DNA of 64,000 nt from Balanoglossus misakiensis (Eukaryota; Animalia; Hemichordata). This document shows positions 54,601 through 63,291 of this stretch, in pieces. The stretch lies in NCBI GenBank assembly GCA_040954595.2, contig CM082582.2, positions 12,930,227 to 12,994,226 on the forward strand, written 5' to 3'. Position 1 is the stretch's first letter, and every line of letters starts with the position of its first letter. A model generated the notes under the pieces. The model made no database searches. It was not told the origin of the DNA and saw only the letters and a list, made by a program, of their open reading frames with translations. The translations under genes and the position numbers were made by a program.

Positions 54601-57600
54601 TTCTGCTGAAAGTATAGTTTCTGTGAATGTGAATTGAGACACCATCATTTCTACTTTTCAGTGAATAGTCCAACCCTGAGTGCTTGCCCGGTCGACAGTA
54701 ATCCATGTCAAAATGGTGGAACTTGTTACGACTACTACAGAAGTTTGAGTGGCAACAATCCAAGCCCTATGTATTTCTGTCAGTGCACAAGTGAATATAC
54801 TGCAAACAACTGTGTTATAACTGTCGGTAAGTATAGACAGAGTGCTGTATTGAAAATCACATGCGAGTTCTGAAATATATCAATTGCGAGGATTGAAATA
54901 CACCACTTGTAAGTTCTAAGTTTTGCTTAATAATGACATTTCTCTTCACAGCACAATACCCCCAGTTTGATTACTGTTCATCAGGTCCGTGCATGAATGG
55001 TGGTGTCTGTTACAATTCATTCATGAGCACCTCCCAGATTATTCTGTATTACTGTAGATGTCCAGCTGGATGGATAGGCAATAACTGTGAAACAGCAAGT
55101 AAGTAACCAATATTAATCATTTCTGTATTTAGAAACAATGTTGGGGACCAAAATATTTTTGTCAGGCACTATAAAGCATGTTCTAGGGATCAATTTGTAA
55201 TAAATTAATGACTCTATAATCATTGTACTATTTGAACTTCTCAACAAATTCAAAGAAAAGGTTAGCCATTGTCATGGCAAAGGTTGTGTTGTATGTCTGA
55301 AAGCTGAAAAAATGGTTATTTTATTTTCCATCAGCTGCCAACCCATGTGTTAACAGTCCATGTTTGAATGGTGGTATTTGCGTTCCAACCAGTACATCAT
55401 CTTATCAGTGTCAGTGTCCATCTGGTTTTACTGGATCAAACTGTCAAACTGGTTAGTGAAAGATGAACACTTAATTGTCCTAAAAACATGTTCATAATCA
55501 CTTTTTCACAGAATGTTAACTTTGTTGATTTTCGTGTCTAATTTTCACTGCTCTATTAAAATGAAACATTTAGTACTGTGATATAACCACTATAGTTCTC
55601 ACATGTGCTGTGATCTTACGTCTATTTTGTGTTTACTTCAGTTATAACCAACCCGTGTTCTAACAATCCATGTTTGAATGGTGGTAATTGTGTGGTCACT
55701 AGCACAAACACTTATCAATGTCAGTGTCCATCTGGTTACACTGGATCAAACTGTCAAACTGGTAAGTGAAAGGAAATCTTTACATTGCCACATATGGAAA
55801 TTACTTTAACAGTTCAGCTTGAAATTGCTATGTGATTTCATAATTATTCCTTTGTTCATACCATGTTATCTTCAACACGTTTTTGTGAGTGAGAAATCAC
55901 AAAAAGTCAGCCTAACCACAGTTGTCTCTAAATAAAACTCAATAATGCAATCTTCTTTGATGGAGGAAATGTGACGATAACAAGTGTGCTGTGATCTTAT
56001 GTCAATTCTGTGTTTACTTTAGTTGTAACCAACCCATGTGCTAACAATCCATGTTTGAATGGTGGTAATTGTGTGGTCACTAGCACAAGCACTTATCAAT
56101 GCCAGTGTCCATCTGGTTACACTGGAGCAAACTGTCAGATAAGTAAGTAAAAATACTCAAAAAGTCAAACCGTTATTAGAGTTTAGCAAAAGAAACAGTA
56201 AGTTGATTATTATGTCCACCAGAATTCACACTACTCACAATGCTTTATGATCTGTCGACTGTGATGTTGCAAAACTGTATGATTTGTAAGAAAATAAACA
56301 TTACTAACAGAAGAAGTTGAAATGATTTATATTTTTCAGTTATCACAGTGAATCCATGCTTGGCAGTCCCTTGCAAGAATGGAGCCACTTGTATTAACGA
56401 AGGCAGCAACCAATACACATGTATTTGCAGAAGTGGTTATGTTGGACAGGACTGTAACATCAATGAAGGTAATTGTACAGAACAGCTGTCCATTTTGTCA
56501 AATGCTGTTAGTCATGTGTAAACATACACATGGTATCATGTGTTTGGAGAACATGATGGGTTAATCTAACACAACATAGGTTCAATACTACAGATATGTC
56601 TGTAATTGAAAACTCATTAGTACTAATTATACATAGCAGATAGACTTCAGATAAGCTTCAAATATGAACAGACAGAACTTGTCTACTGTTTGGATGAGAC
56701 AAGTAAAATACTTTGGTCTGTAAGTCCATCTAATCGTGATAGTTTGCCTTCAAGTGTGTGTTTGTCCTGAAACCACATATTTGCTTTCGAATCAAGTAAT
56801 GCCTTTCGATCCTGTTGTTCTTTTCCAGCTACTTCGCCGTCATTGAACAGATGTGGCACCAATCCATGTATGAACGGTGGTACTTGCTACAATGCGTATC
56901 ATAGCCAAGGTATCACTGGTGTATATGTCTGCCGATGTACTTCTTTGTATCTGGGACAAAACTGCATGACAAGCATAAGTAAGTTGGATTATACGCAATA
57001 ATTTACATTTTCCAGACCAGTTTCCAAATTCACTTGGGCCTGTCAGCCACCTAAAATAATCAATCAACAGTTATTCCCACCTTTGAGTACTTTACTAGGC
57101 AAATACTCTATGTGTTATGAAATATATGTACATGTTAGCCAAGCTAAATAAATCCATTTAACGTCAGGATGTTGATTTCCTACTTTTCTCCATACAGGTC
57201 AAGTGCCTTCATCTTCAAATCTGTGCTCTCAGAATCCCTGTCTCCAAAATGGTGCATGCTATAACACCTACTACAGTAGCAGCCAGAGTAATAATCGTGT
57301 GTGTATGTGTCCAGTTGGTTATGTTGGCAATGTCTGTGAACTGGCAGGTAAGTTCACACAAAACAGGAAATGCGTCAACAGAATTGTGAATGAAAATTTG
57401 TAAAATTACAACAACTCATTTATCGGAAATAATAACTTTTATTTGACTTGGTTTCAGCTGCTAATCCATGCGCAAGCAGTCCTTGTAGAAATGGGGGAAC
57501 CTGTACTCCTTATAATACATATTTCGACTGTTCCTGCACAAGTTCATTCACCGGAACTACATGCGACACACGTGAGTATCATTTAACTATAGTAAATTCA

Positions 57601-59330
57601 TTCTTCAATGTGTTGTAACCTGATGCCTACAGCATGTAAACATCAATTGAACTTGTGACAGACATGGGTAATAGGTCAAATTTTCTCCAAAGTGCCTCAA
57701 AACTTAAATTTGTAGTTGGTACACAAATAACTTCCTCTCGGCCCAAGGTATTTAGACAATGGTGCTGTTATTTTGACCGTCTTTGCCGGTTTCCACAGTT
57801 TGAATGTTCTTTTTTTTCTCTTTCAGCACTTAATGTCAACCCATGTTCTAGTAATCCATGTCCACCTGGTTCCCAATGTTACTACTCAGCTGATCGGTAT
57901 ATTTGCCAAGGAGGTAATAGAATCTATGTTTTATTTGTCATGATCACTCCTAAAACACCGCTCTCTGTTTAGTTTTTCGATTACTACATGTACCAGATTC
58001 GCAGTGGGTGTATTTATGTTATACTTGTATGTATTCATTTATTTGATGTTTTTTTTTTTTACATAGGTTCAGGAAGGAAGAGACGAAGTTATGATGAAGG
58101 CAGCCCAATTCCATTGACTGACATCGGCACAACTTGTAACATCAACATCACCTTACAGATTGGTGATTTTGTGGATCTGTTCTCACCACAGTTTCCAGGT
58201 CATTACCTTGACAACGACCTTTGTTGGTGGATTGTCACAACTCAGGCAGGCAGAAAATTACAAGTACAGTTTAAATTCTTTGAGACCGAGGAGAGATATG
58301 ACTGGCTTGATATCGGTGATGGTGATGTGGTTAACAGTATGGACCAACGTCTTGTACATGTCTCTGGATTAACTATCCCCACTGGCTTTGTGTCATCTCA
58401 ATCCAAAATCTGGATTTCCTTCTCAACTGATGGTGAGAAATCTGAGACTGGTTTCTGGATTGAAGTCAGTGATGTACCTGAAACAAGTAAGGAGTTTATT
58501 GCATATAAATAACATCTAATGCTAGGTGTACCGGTACATGTACTCTTCAATGATTGTATTAGTTTTAATATCATTACATGCTGCTGTTTTCAGAATTCTT
58601 TCCAAATCTGCCGCAGAAATGATGTATATGTACATCAGGGGACGGGGTCTGTGTGGTAGCAAAATTTAAACTCAATCTCAGTGTAACCATGTCTGTTATT
58701 TTAGAAAATTTTGACTCCACTTTATATGTTTTTGTTCATCTTCAGAACCAAGTGCGTTTTCAGGATGTTCCTTGCACCCATGCCAGAATGGTGGTACATG
58801 TATAGTACACAGAGGGCGACCTGTTTGTGTTTGTAAAGCCAGATTCTCTGGAGACTATTGTGAGACAGGTATGTTGATAGTATGATCAATCTTATGACTT
58901 TGTTTCAAAGTAACAAAAAAGCAGTGTTTCTTCTTCTGCAGACTGAAACATGCGTAGGTATCTGACATCAGAAATCAATTCCTCCATAATCCATGCATAC
59001 AGGAACAAATGTTAACATTTCAGTGATGGTCGTACTCTTTGTTGCAATTATGTAAGAGTTTGTATAGCTGTAGTGTTTATACTGAAGCATTTTCTGACAT
59101 CTCTTCCAGCTGTTGTGGATATAAAGATGACTTCCAACAGCACAGCTATTGGACCACTATCTTTCGACAGCATGACATGGTTTAGCTGGACAGTTACTGC
59201 TGTCTGCATTCTGCTGTTCGTTCTCTCAACCATGCTTACTGCAATGGTCTGCCGTGCCATGCAGAAGAAAAGACGTACACTAAACCGCAAAGTCCAGATG
59301 GATAAAGAAGGCATTTTTGTTGTGCACTGA
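515..59330 (+). CDS. Giant single-pass multi-EGF/CUB membrane protein (about 129 full EGF + truncated EGF + RKRR + CUB + TM), 132 coding exons in window, 5'-incomplete
   Basis: Successive AG..GT exons, nearly all 114-165 nt and all phase 1-1 until the last, each encoding one EGF-like domain. No stop codon forms at the junctions I checked in native order. The gene ends in CUB, EGF and TM exons with TGA at 59328-59330. No ATG/signal-peptide exon found upstream of 515. Not a recognisable Notch, Delta, Crumbs or fibropellin architecture. Confidence 0.93.
750..831 (-). repeat. Dispersed repeat, copy 1 (other copy about 29953-30030, + strand)
   Basis: Reverse complement gtcacctatgcaaatttaaccagttaccatggaaagttgaaatctagccaatcacagac aligns with gtcacctatgcaaatttgaccactgttaccaaagaatattcaaatatagccaatcacac at 29954. 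tatagtcacc near 700 and ggtgactata at 821 form a short inverted pair. Confidence 0.65.
1316..1441. mobile_element. Palindromic MITE with 9-bp target-site duplication (MULE-like by TSD length)
   Basis: 126-bp near-perfect fold-back CAATCTGATTAAAATCAGATGTAGGGAACGGCGACATG...CATGTCGCCGTTCCCTACATCTGATTTTAATCAGATTG, flanked by ACACCAACC at 1307-1315 and 1442-1450. Confidence 0.88.
4439..4508 (+). mobile_element. TTAA-flanked piggyBac-like MITE, degenerate copy
   Basis: TTAA at 4435 and 4509; core atggtttggtcc...atggcaaagttagacctctatag shared with the 9049 copy. Confidence 0.6.
6510..6950. repeat. Degenerate ~11-bp minisatellite (GGGCTAGCACT-like)
   Basis: Recurring gggctagcactg, gagctgacactgggc, gggctaccactag, gggctaacacttgg in intron E9-E10. 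Confidence 0.55.
8389..8412. repeat. (TC)n microsatellite in the polypyrimidine tract of E12
   Basis: Direct TC run. Confidence 0.9.
9049..9133 (+). mobile_element. TTAA-flanked piggyBac-like MITE (about 85 bp)
   Basis: TIRs CCCTTTCAC...GTGGAAGGG, with TTTA left and TTAA right. Homologous copies at 4439, 24493 and 26127. Confidence 0.75.
11549..11911. repeat. Compound tetranucleotide microsatellite (CATT/CATC/CATG/CACT)n
   Basis: About 360 bp of ordered blocks just 3' of the E17 donor; source of the HSFI/HSLT pseudo-ORFs. Confidence 0.95.
12878..13005. repeat. Degenerate CTATAGAA(TT) tandem repeat; second locus about 19615-19760
   Basis: Repeated ttctatagaa/tttatagaat units at both loci, sharing tatagaatttcaat. 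Confidence 0.6.
15966..27548 (+). CDS. EGF exons E26-E56 (8-Cys type)
   Basis: Exons: 15966-16088, 16207-16329, 16616-16738, 16949-17071, 17198-17320, 17447-17569, 17830-17952, 18270-18392, 18660-18782, 18985-19107, 19223-19345, 19460-19582, 19869-19991, 20199-20321, 20514-20636, 20940-21062, 21264-21386, 21652-21774, 21897-22019, 22320-22442, 22567-22689, 24342-24464, 24824-24946, 25124-25246, 25623-25745, 25914-26030, 26251-26376, 26536-26658, 26806-26928, 27136-27258, 27426-27548. Mostly 123 nt. Confidence 0.92.
24493..24576 (-). mobile_element. TTAA-flanked piggyBac-like MITE, inverted copy
   Basis: TTAA at 24489 and 24577. Reverse complement tttcactactatggtttggtccatatccattgttttctacgg...aaaggg matches the 9049 copy. 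Confidence 0.72.
26127..26198 (-). mobile_element. Same MITE family, inverted degenerate copy
   Basis: ccctttcacccc...gaaacaatgagtttggactgaaccatggtggtgaaag is the reverse complement of the 9049 core. Confidence 0.62.
27814..39619 (+). CDS. EGF exons E57-E86 (8-Cys type)
   Basis: Exons: 27814-27936, 28067-28189, 28398-28520, 28729-28851, 29105-29227, 29395-29517, 29807-29929, 30074-30202, 30581-30703, 31101-31223, 31419-31541, 31745-31867, 32282-32410, 32656-32778, 32928-33050, 33204-33326, 33570-33692, 34430-34552, 35405-35527, 35964-36086, 36340-36462, 36781-36903, 37168-37293, 37442-37564, 37771-37893, 38071-38193, 38389-38511, 38712-38834, 39038-39160, 39491-39619. Confidence 0.92.
34854..35180. 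repeat. Intronic direct duplication (about 140-bp unit, about 188-bp period)
   Basis: catctgca.tttattg.tttgaactcatcactc...ttaccagcataa...aggcatatgttagg.ataataaatgtaac...ttagaaaagattatc.aaaatgatgtaa at 34854 and 35042. Confidence 0.85.
35929..35955. repeat. (CAA)n microsatellite abutting the acceptor of E76
   Basis: Direct CAA run ending about 8 nt before the exon start at 35964. Confidence 0.9.
36485..36671. mobile_element. MITE-like element with CTGTAAAAC(A/T)GG termini; partial copies near 1802 and 28915
   Basis: Left ctgtaaaactggaaattttcgtg, right ttcgcgttaatttcctgtttta (inverted). The same left end occurs at 1802 (ctgtaaaacaggttattttcgcg) and 28915 (ctgtaaaacaggaatttttcgc). Confidence 0.6.
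40394..48736 (+). CDS. EGF exons E87-E105 (8-Cys type, mostly 126 nt; E105 has 7 Cys)
   Basis: Exons: 40394-40519, 40756-40881, 41038-41163, 41340-41465, 41715-41840, 42052-42180, 42390-42515, 42725-42850, 43759-43884, 44188-44313, 44444-44569, 44833-44958, 45239-45364, 45569-45694, 45911-46036, 47063-47185, 47364-47489, 48126-48251, 48611-48736. E105: [41 protein letters not shown]. Confidence 0.92.
49019..57571 (+). CDS. Canonical 6-Cys EGF exons E106-E128, including six long-loop EGFs
   Basis: Exons: 49019-49132, 49347-49463, 49775-49891, 50011-50133, 50362-50481, 50696-50815, 51234-51356, 51593-51757, 51983-52129, 52584-52700, 52911-53030, 53456-53572, 53773-53892, 54302-54424, 54662-54826, 54952-55098, 55335-55451, 55642-55761, 56023-56142, 56340-56468, 56829-56978, 57198-57347, 57458-57571. 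Example: [37 protein letters not shown]-type repeats. Confidence 0.92.
50696..55761 (+). repeat. Tandem segmental duplication, about 3.07 kb period (E111-E116 region vs E117-E123)
   Basis: E112 and E119 differ by one synonymous base (offset 3068). The following intron differs by about 6 substitutions and 1 indel in 236 nt. E113/E120, E114/E121, E115/E122 and E116/E123 pair in order. Confidence 0.9.
50875..50895 (+). pseudogene. Orphan 3' remnant of a deleted EGF exon with its splice donor
   Basis: caaactgtcaaactg|gtaagct sits in the intron after E111 and matches the end of E118 (53878-53899) and its downstream intron. Confidence 0.8.
57827..57913 (+). CDS. Exon E129: truncated EGF (C1-C4 only)
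   Basis: tttcag|CA...GGAG|gtaata, 87 nt, phase 1-1; [28 protein letters not shown] lacks the C5-C6 loop. Confidence 0.85.
58067..58486 (+). CDS. Exon E130: RKRR convertase site followed by CUB domain
   Basis: 420-nt phase 1-1 exon. GSGRKRR, then C-x-x-x-I...[18 protein letters not shown]...[20 protein letters not shown]...SG...IWISFSTDG...GF, the CUB consensus. Confidence 0.93.
58746..58868 (+). CDS. Exon E131: juxtamembrane EGF domain
   Basis: ttcag|AA...ACAG|gtatgt; [40 protein letters not shown], 6 Cys. Confidence 0.9.
59110..59330 (+). CDS. Terminal exon E132: stalk, transmembrane helix and short cytoplasmic tail
   Basis: ctcttccag|CT... in phase 1; hydrophobic [25 protein letters not shown] followed by basic RAMQKKRR, tail ending KEGIFVVH, stop TGA. 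Confidence 0.88.
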
Positions 59331-60802
59331 GTTATTTTGTAACCGAAGCTATCAACTTTTTTAGTATTTCATTTGTTAGTGATGTTTGAACCAAGTTCAT
59401 GTTTAACTTAGTACTCCATATTTCACTGTGTGCTTCTTATTTTACAAGAAAAACATAAGTAACCTTCCCATTAGTCATCAATTTAATTGACTAAACATAT
59501 CACACTAACAACATGCCATATATTTAATTTGTATTGTAACCTTGGATACCACTTGTTGATTTTTTAATCACACTGTTCAATTTTCCTCTAGGTGTAAATT
59601 TGTCAAATATGTCTTGAGCAAAGTTTTGTTGAAAACATCACTACATTTCATGATTAAATATTACACAGCAAGGTAGAACTTCATTTGATTCATATTTTCA
59701 ATATTGATGAATTTTTTGAACAACTGTATTAACAATGAAAATATGTAGTTTCTGTGTTTCTTAGATTATCCCAGATGCAATTTTGGATTTTAAACTGATA
59801 TTGCTGCAATTTACATTTTTCCGACCAGTGGTGTACTTTGAAAGAGCAGTATTATCCCAGTACATGCAACGATATGACCAGTATAGATTGCAAGGTGATA
59901 ATACCTGTAAATTGGTTTTATTGTAGTGTGGCATTTGACATAATGGCTTGCTGTCTTTTTGACTATGCCATTGTCATATTTACACCTGGTGTTCTTTGAC
60001 ATATTTTATCTTGGAAATTTATCAGATTTACACATCTACTCAGAATTGTATCATTTATTCATCAACAAGCTTGTTTAGTGATTGCTTTTAGGAGAAAAAG
60101 TCTGCCTGCTTAGCCAGCCCCTATCTAGGAATGGTGCCAACAGTCAACAGAACCGATGATGGCTGCCTTGATCAATAGATGTCATGATCAATCAACGATA
60201 CACGGCCATTGTCCATCCACGCTTTTGTACCATCTATAACAGGAGTGGCAACCATTTGGAAGCATGTCCAGAAATAGAAAGGCAGGTGTAAAGAACCAAG
60301 CATGTTAGTCAATATTTATTCTATCCCACGTTCATCAGATTTGTTGTTTTAATCTAATTTTCAATGATTAATCTGATTCCTGTCTCATTATCTATAGGTT
60401 GTAAACTCTTCAATTGTTCAAATTCTCACTGTGTAACTTGATGTGCATTTTCAACCCAGAAATGATAGCATTCCTTTCAAAGCTGTTAAATTTTAGGGAA
60501 AAATTGCTCATAATGCCAGAAGCTCAAACTGGAATATAACACAAAAAGATTCCCAATTCCCACCTTTTAGTTATGTAGATATCGCCAAACATTTTTGTAT
60601 TAAACAAGTCATGGTGTTCGTTCCAGGAATGCTGAAAGTTTGCAGTTTATAAGCCAGTTTATAATGTCATAATTTGAAGAGTAATTTTTGTAAGAATTTT
60701 TTTGATTGTACTAGGGGTATGGATGTATATTTTGGTGTCTGAGAAATTAATATTTTCTGGTCACTTGTGAGGAATTGACCTTTTAAGAGTAATTTTTTTG
60801 CA

Positions 60803-60984
60803 AATAAAAACTTTGCATATAGATTATAACATCATACATATTAATTGCATGATGTTCATCTATATATCTGCCGGGATGTCAGGTGATGATCTTTTTATTA
60901 CTGTCATCATACGGTCAATTCTTGTTGAGATTTTCATTGCACACTATGAATGATGAATAAAGTCACAGAAAAATGATCAATAAA
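60803..60984 (+). promoter_or_regulatory. Candidate polyadenylation signals of the EGF gene
   Basis: AATAAA at 60803, 60956 and 60979, about 1.5 kb after the stop. AT-rich context makes chance matches likely. Confidence 0.35.
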
Positions 60985-61559
60985 ATATTTAATCAATCAA
61001 AGCACTGTTTCCACAGATTCCAGTTGATATCAGTTTGGGAGATTGACGTCAAATTATACCATGCCTCAACATATTTGTTCACGAAATATTTTTACTTGAG
61101 CAGCCAGGTCACTGTACTTATAGAACACACGTTATGAATTCTACTGGTGGTGGCATAAAATCAGCCAGTATGTTCTGGAACAGTGAGTGATGAGGCCTTT
61201 CAACTTGCATGATTTATTCACACCCAGATTTGAAATGATGAAATTGTTTATCAATAAAAATCATTTTATAATGAGGTTATACCATTGCTTGCCCTTCATA
61301 ACCTCTAATTCATTCACGTCAATGGAACAATAAGTGTCCATCTAATATATAGCACTTGAAATATACACATGTAAGACGAAAGTCACCTACACATTGGGAG
61401 ATAAATTCTTCTTCCAATTGACAAACACACCTGTGTGCGCATCTATAGATGCCCAGATATACAACATAATTCTAAGAATAGTGCATATACAAGGTTACAG
61501 TGTACGGAACAACACATTACCATATTACTTTATATCACGTGTCATTCCACCCTGCACAA

Positions 61560-61693
61560 CAAACATCACTGTCAGATCAAGGACTAGGTACAATACAGAA
61601 CGGTATGTACATGGCTCGACGTGCGCCTTTCAATGCCAGTTGGCTGTTCGGAAAGTATCCAGAAGGAGTTGAAGATCAGAGACAGAAGTAAGT
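61560..61693 (+). other. Possible 5' non-coding exon of the DEG/ENaC gene
   Basis: Consensus donor GAA|gtaagt at 61688 after a less AT-rich stretch. The coding exon at 62823 has an acceptor and needs an upstream exon. The 5' boundary is a guess. Confidence 0.3.
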
Positions 61694-62874
61694 GAAAATG
61701 GCTGGAAATCAGTTTGTATTTTTTGGTGCTAATCATGCTGCCAAACTTGATTTACATAAAATACATGCAAAAACAGAATGATATTCTAATGTTAGTGCCC
61801 ATCCTAAGGAAAGAGGACCGAGTGCCATTTAAACACAAAATGTACTAATTATACATAAAAACTACCTTCACATTTGGGAAGACAATATACAATTAAATAT
61901 TTTACCTATCATGTTGCATACAAACAATCCTTTGTGTTTCTTTGTATACAATGTGGTCATATATTCGGTACTTTCCTGTATCTTGAGCGTACGTGACTAA
62001 TTTCCTGATGAATTGACCTTGGAATCTTAAGTGGTATTGAAACTTTACATGGCAACATGAAGAAATAGTTCATCAATACCCCAAAAAATTGGCATGTTGT
62101 CTGTTTGAATATCATACCATGATATGTCTGAAGGTGGCACAAATACATTTAATTTAGAAGTATAATTAGAAGACTGTCACAATGGAAATTGCTGGTATGT
62201 TCCATCAAATGATTCAGTTGTCACGCGTCAGTAGCAACATTTTGACAATTGTTGCAATAATGTGGCCTGTAATCAACGACTTAGTCTTAATTTCTAATTG
62301 CTTATTTTTTTCATATGGTATACTGTCATAAGACTTTGAGCACTATCATTTTCAAACAGAAACAAGATTTTTAGGAAAAAAGCAATTACATCTGTCCCCA
62401 AAGGGTACATAACCACTACTATAATGTATTGAAAGTGGTTGGCTGGCTGGCTTACAAGCTTACTGTATAAATAACTTGTTTGTTATACAAGCTGTTACAT
62501 GCATTCGAGAATCTAAATGGATAGATATATGTAAATCGATATGTGTCTGCAATTTTCATATCTGCCTGCATGTCTGCAGACGTGCTTGTCCATCTACTCT
62601 GTATAAACCGGCCGGGGTGTGATGTAAACAAATGGTACAAGATTTGCTTTTGTTCCTCTAGAACTCGCAAATCCATCTTGCTGGGTGTATGGTACCTCAC
62701 TTTTTTGACGAGATGTATGACTCGACTACTTGCCTAAGTCATGAACCAATTTGCACCTTTCCGAAGAACTTGCTCCATTTGCAAAACATACAGGCATAAT
62801 ATCTTTCTTGTTTTACTTGCAGTGAAGAAAACTTTGAGTTACATAGGGACGCCCACAAAACTGGAACATTCAAC

Positions 62875-63291
62875 ATGAAACGCCTGAAAAGAGTCAAACC
62901 CTCGCTTCAAGGTGAACCTGATCAGCAAACAGCAGAAAATAATTTCACTTTGTTTGTTGATTCTGAGGTTGGTTTTGCGAGCGAGGAAGAAACTAGTTTG
63001 GATATGGAACTACAACAGATGTCGTCAAACTCTGCACCTGTTCAACGAAACGATCAGAAGCCCCCGAAAAAACCGAAACCGAAACCTCCTCCAGCCTATG
63101 TGGGATTCTTCGCCATTGGTAAACAGTTTATGGAGAATACAACGGCTCATGGAGTTCCCCGTGTAGTTGCTGCCAATACTATGTATGGGCGTTTCCTGTG
63201 GGTCTGTATATTTTGCTGTGCTGTGGTGGCATTTTTGGCGCAGGCATCAGTACTCGTCAACAATTATCTCAAATTCCAAGTGAATAATAAG
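62875..63291 (+). CDS. DEG/ENaC (amiloride-sensitive sodium channel, ASIC/FaNaC-like) family gene, first coding exon; continues beyond window
   Basis: QFMENTTAHGVPRV matches the conserved pre-TM1 F-x-x-x-T-T/S-x-H-G motif. TM1 GRFLWVCIFCCAVVAFLAQASVLVNNYL follows with the conserved W and Y. Acceptor ttttacttgcag at 62822, donor AAG|gttagt at 63292 (phase 0). Confidence 0.9.

Noticed and set aside
515-57571. Regularly spaced repeats resembling a CRISPR or cassette array, or a mutually exclusive Dscam-like cluster
   Set aside because: The units are spliceosomal coding exons. Clean native-order junction codons and the complementary Cys ends favour serial inclusion, and no docking/selector elements were seen.
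515-59330. Calling the gene Notch, Delta/Serrate, Crumbs, fibropellin, fibrillin or Dumpy
   Set aside because: Their diagnostic domains are absent from the window; only generic EGF/CUB similarity exists, so no gene symbol is given.
3168-62700. Numerous 60-130 aa minus-strand ORFs
   Set aside because: Antisense shadows of EGF exons (recurring ILT/TLT) or random AT-rich frames; no domain or splice structure supporting a nested gene.
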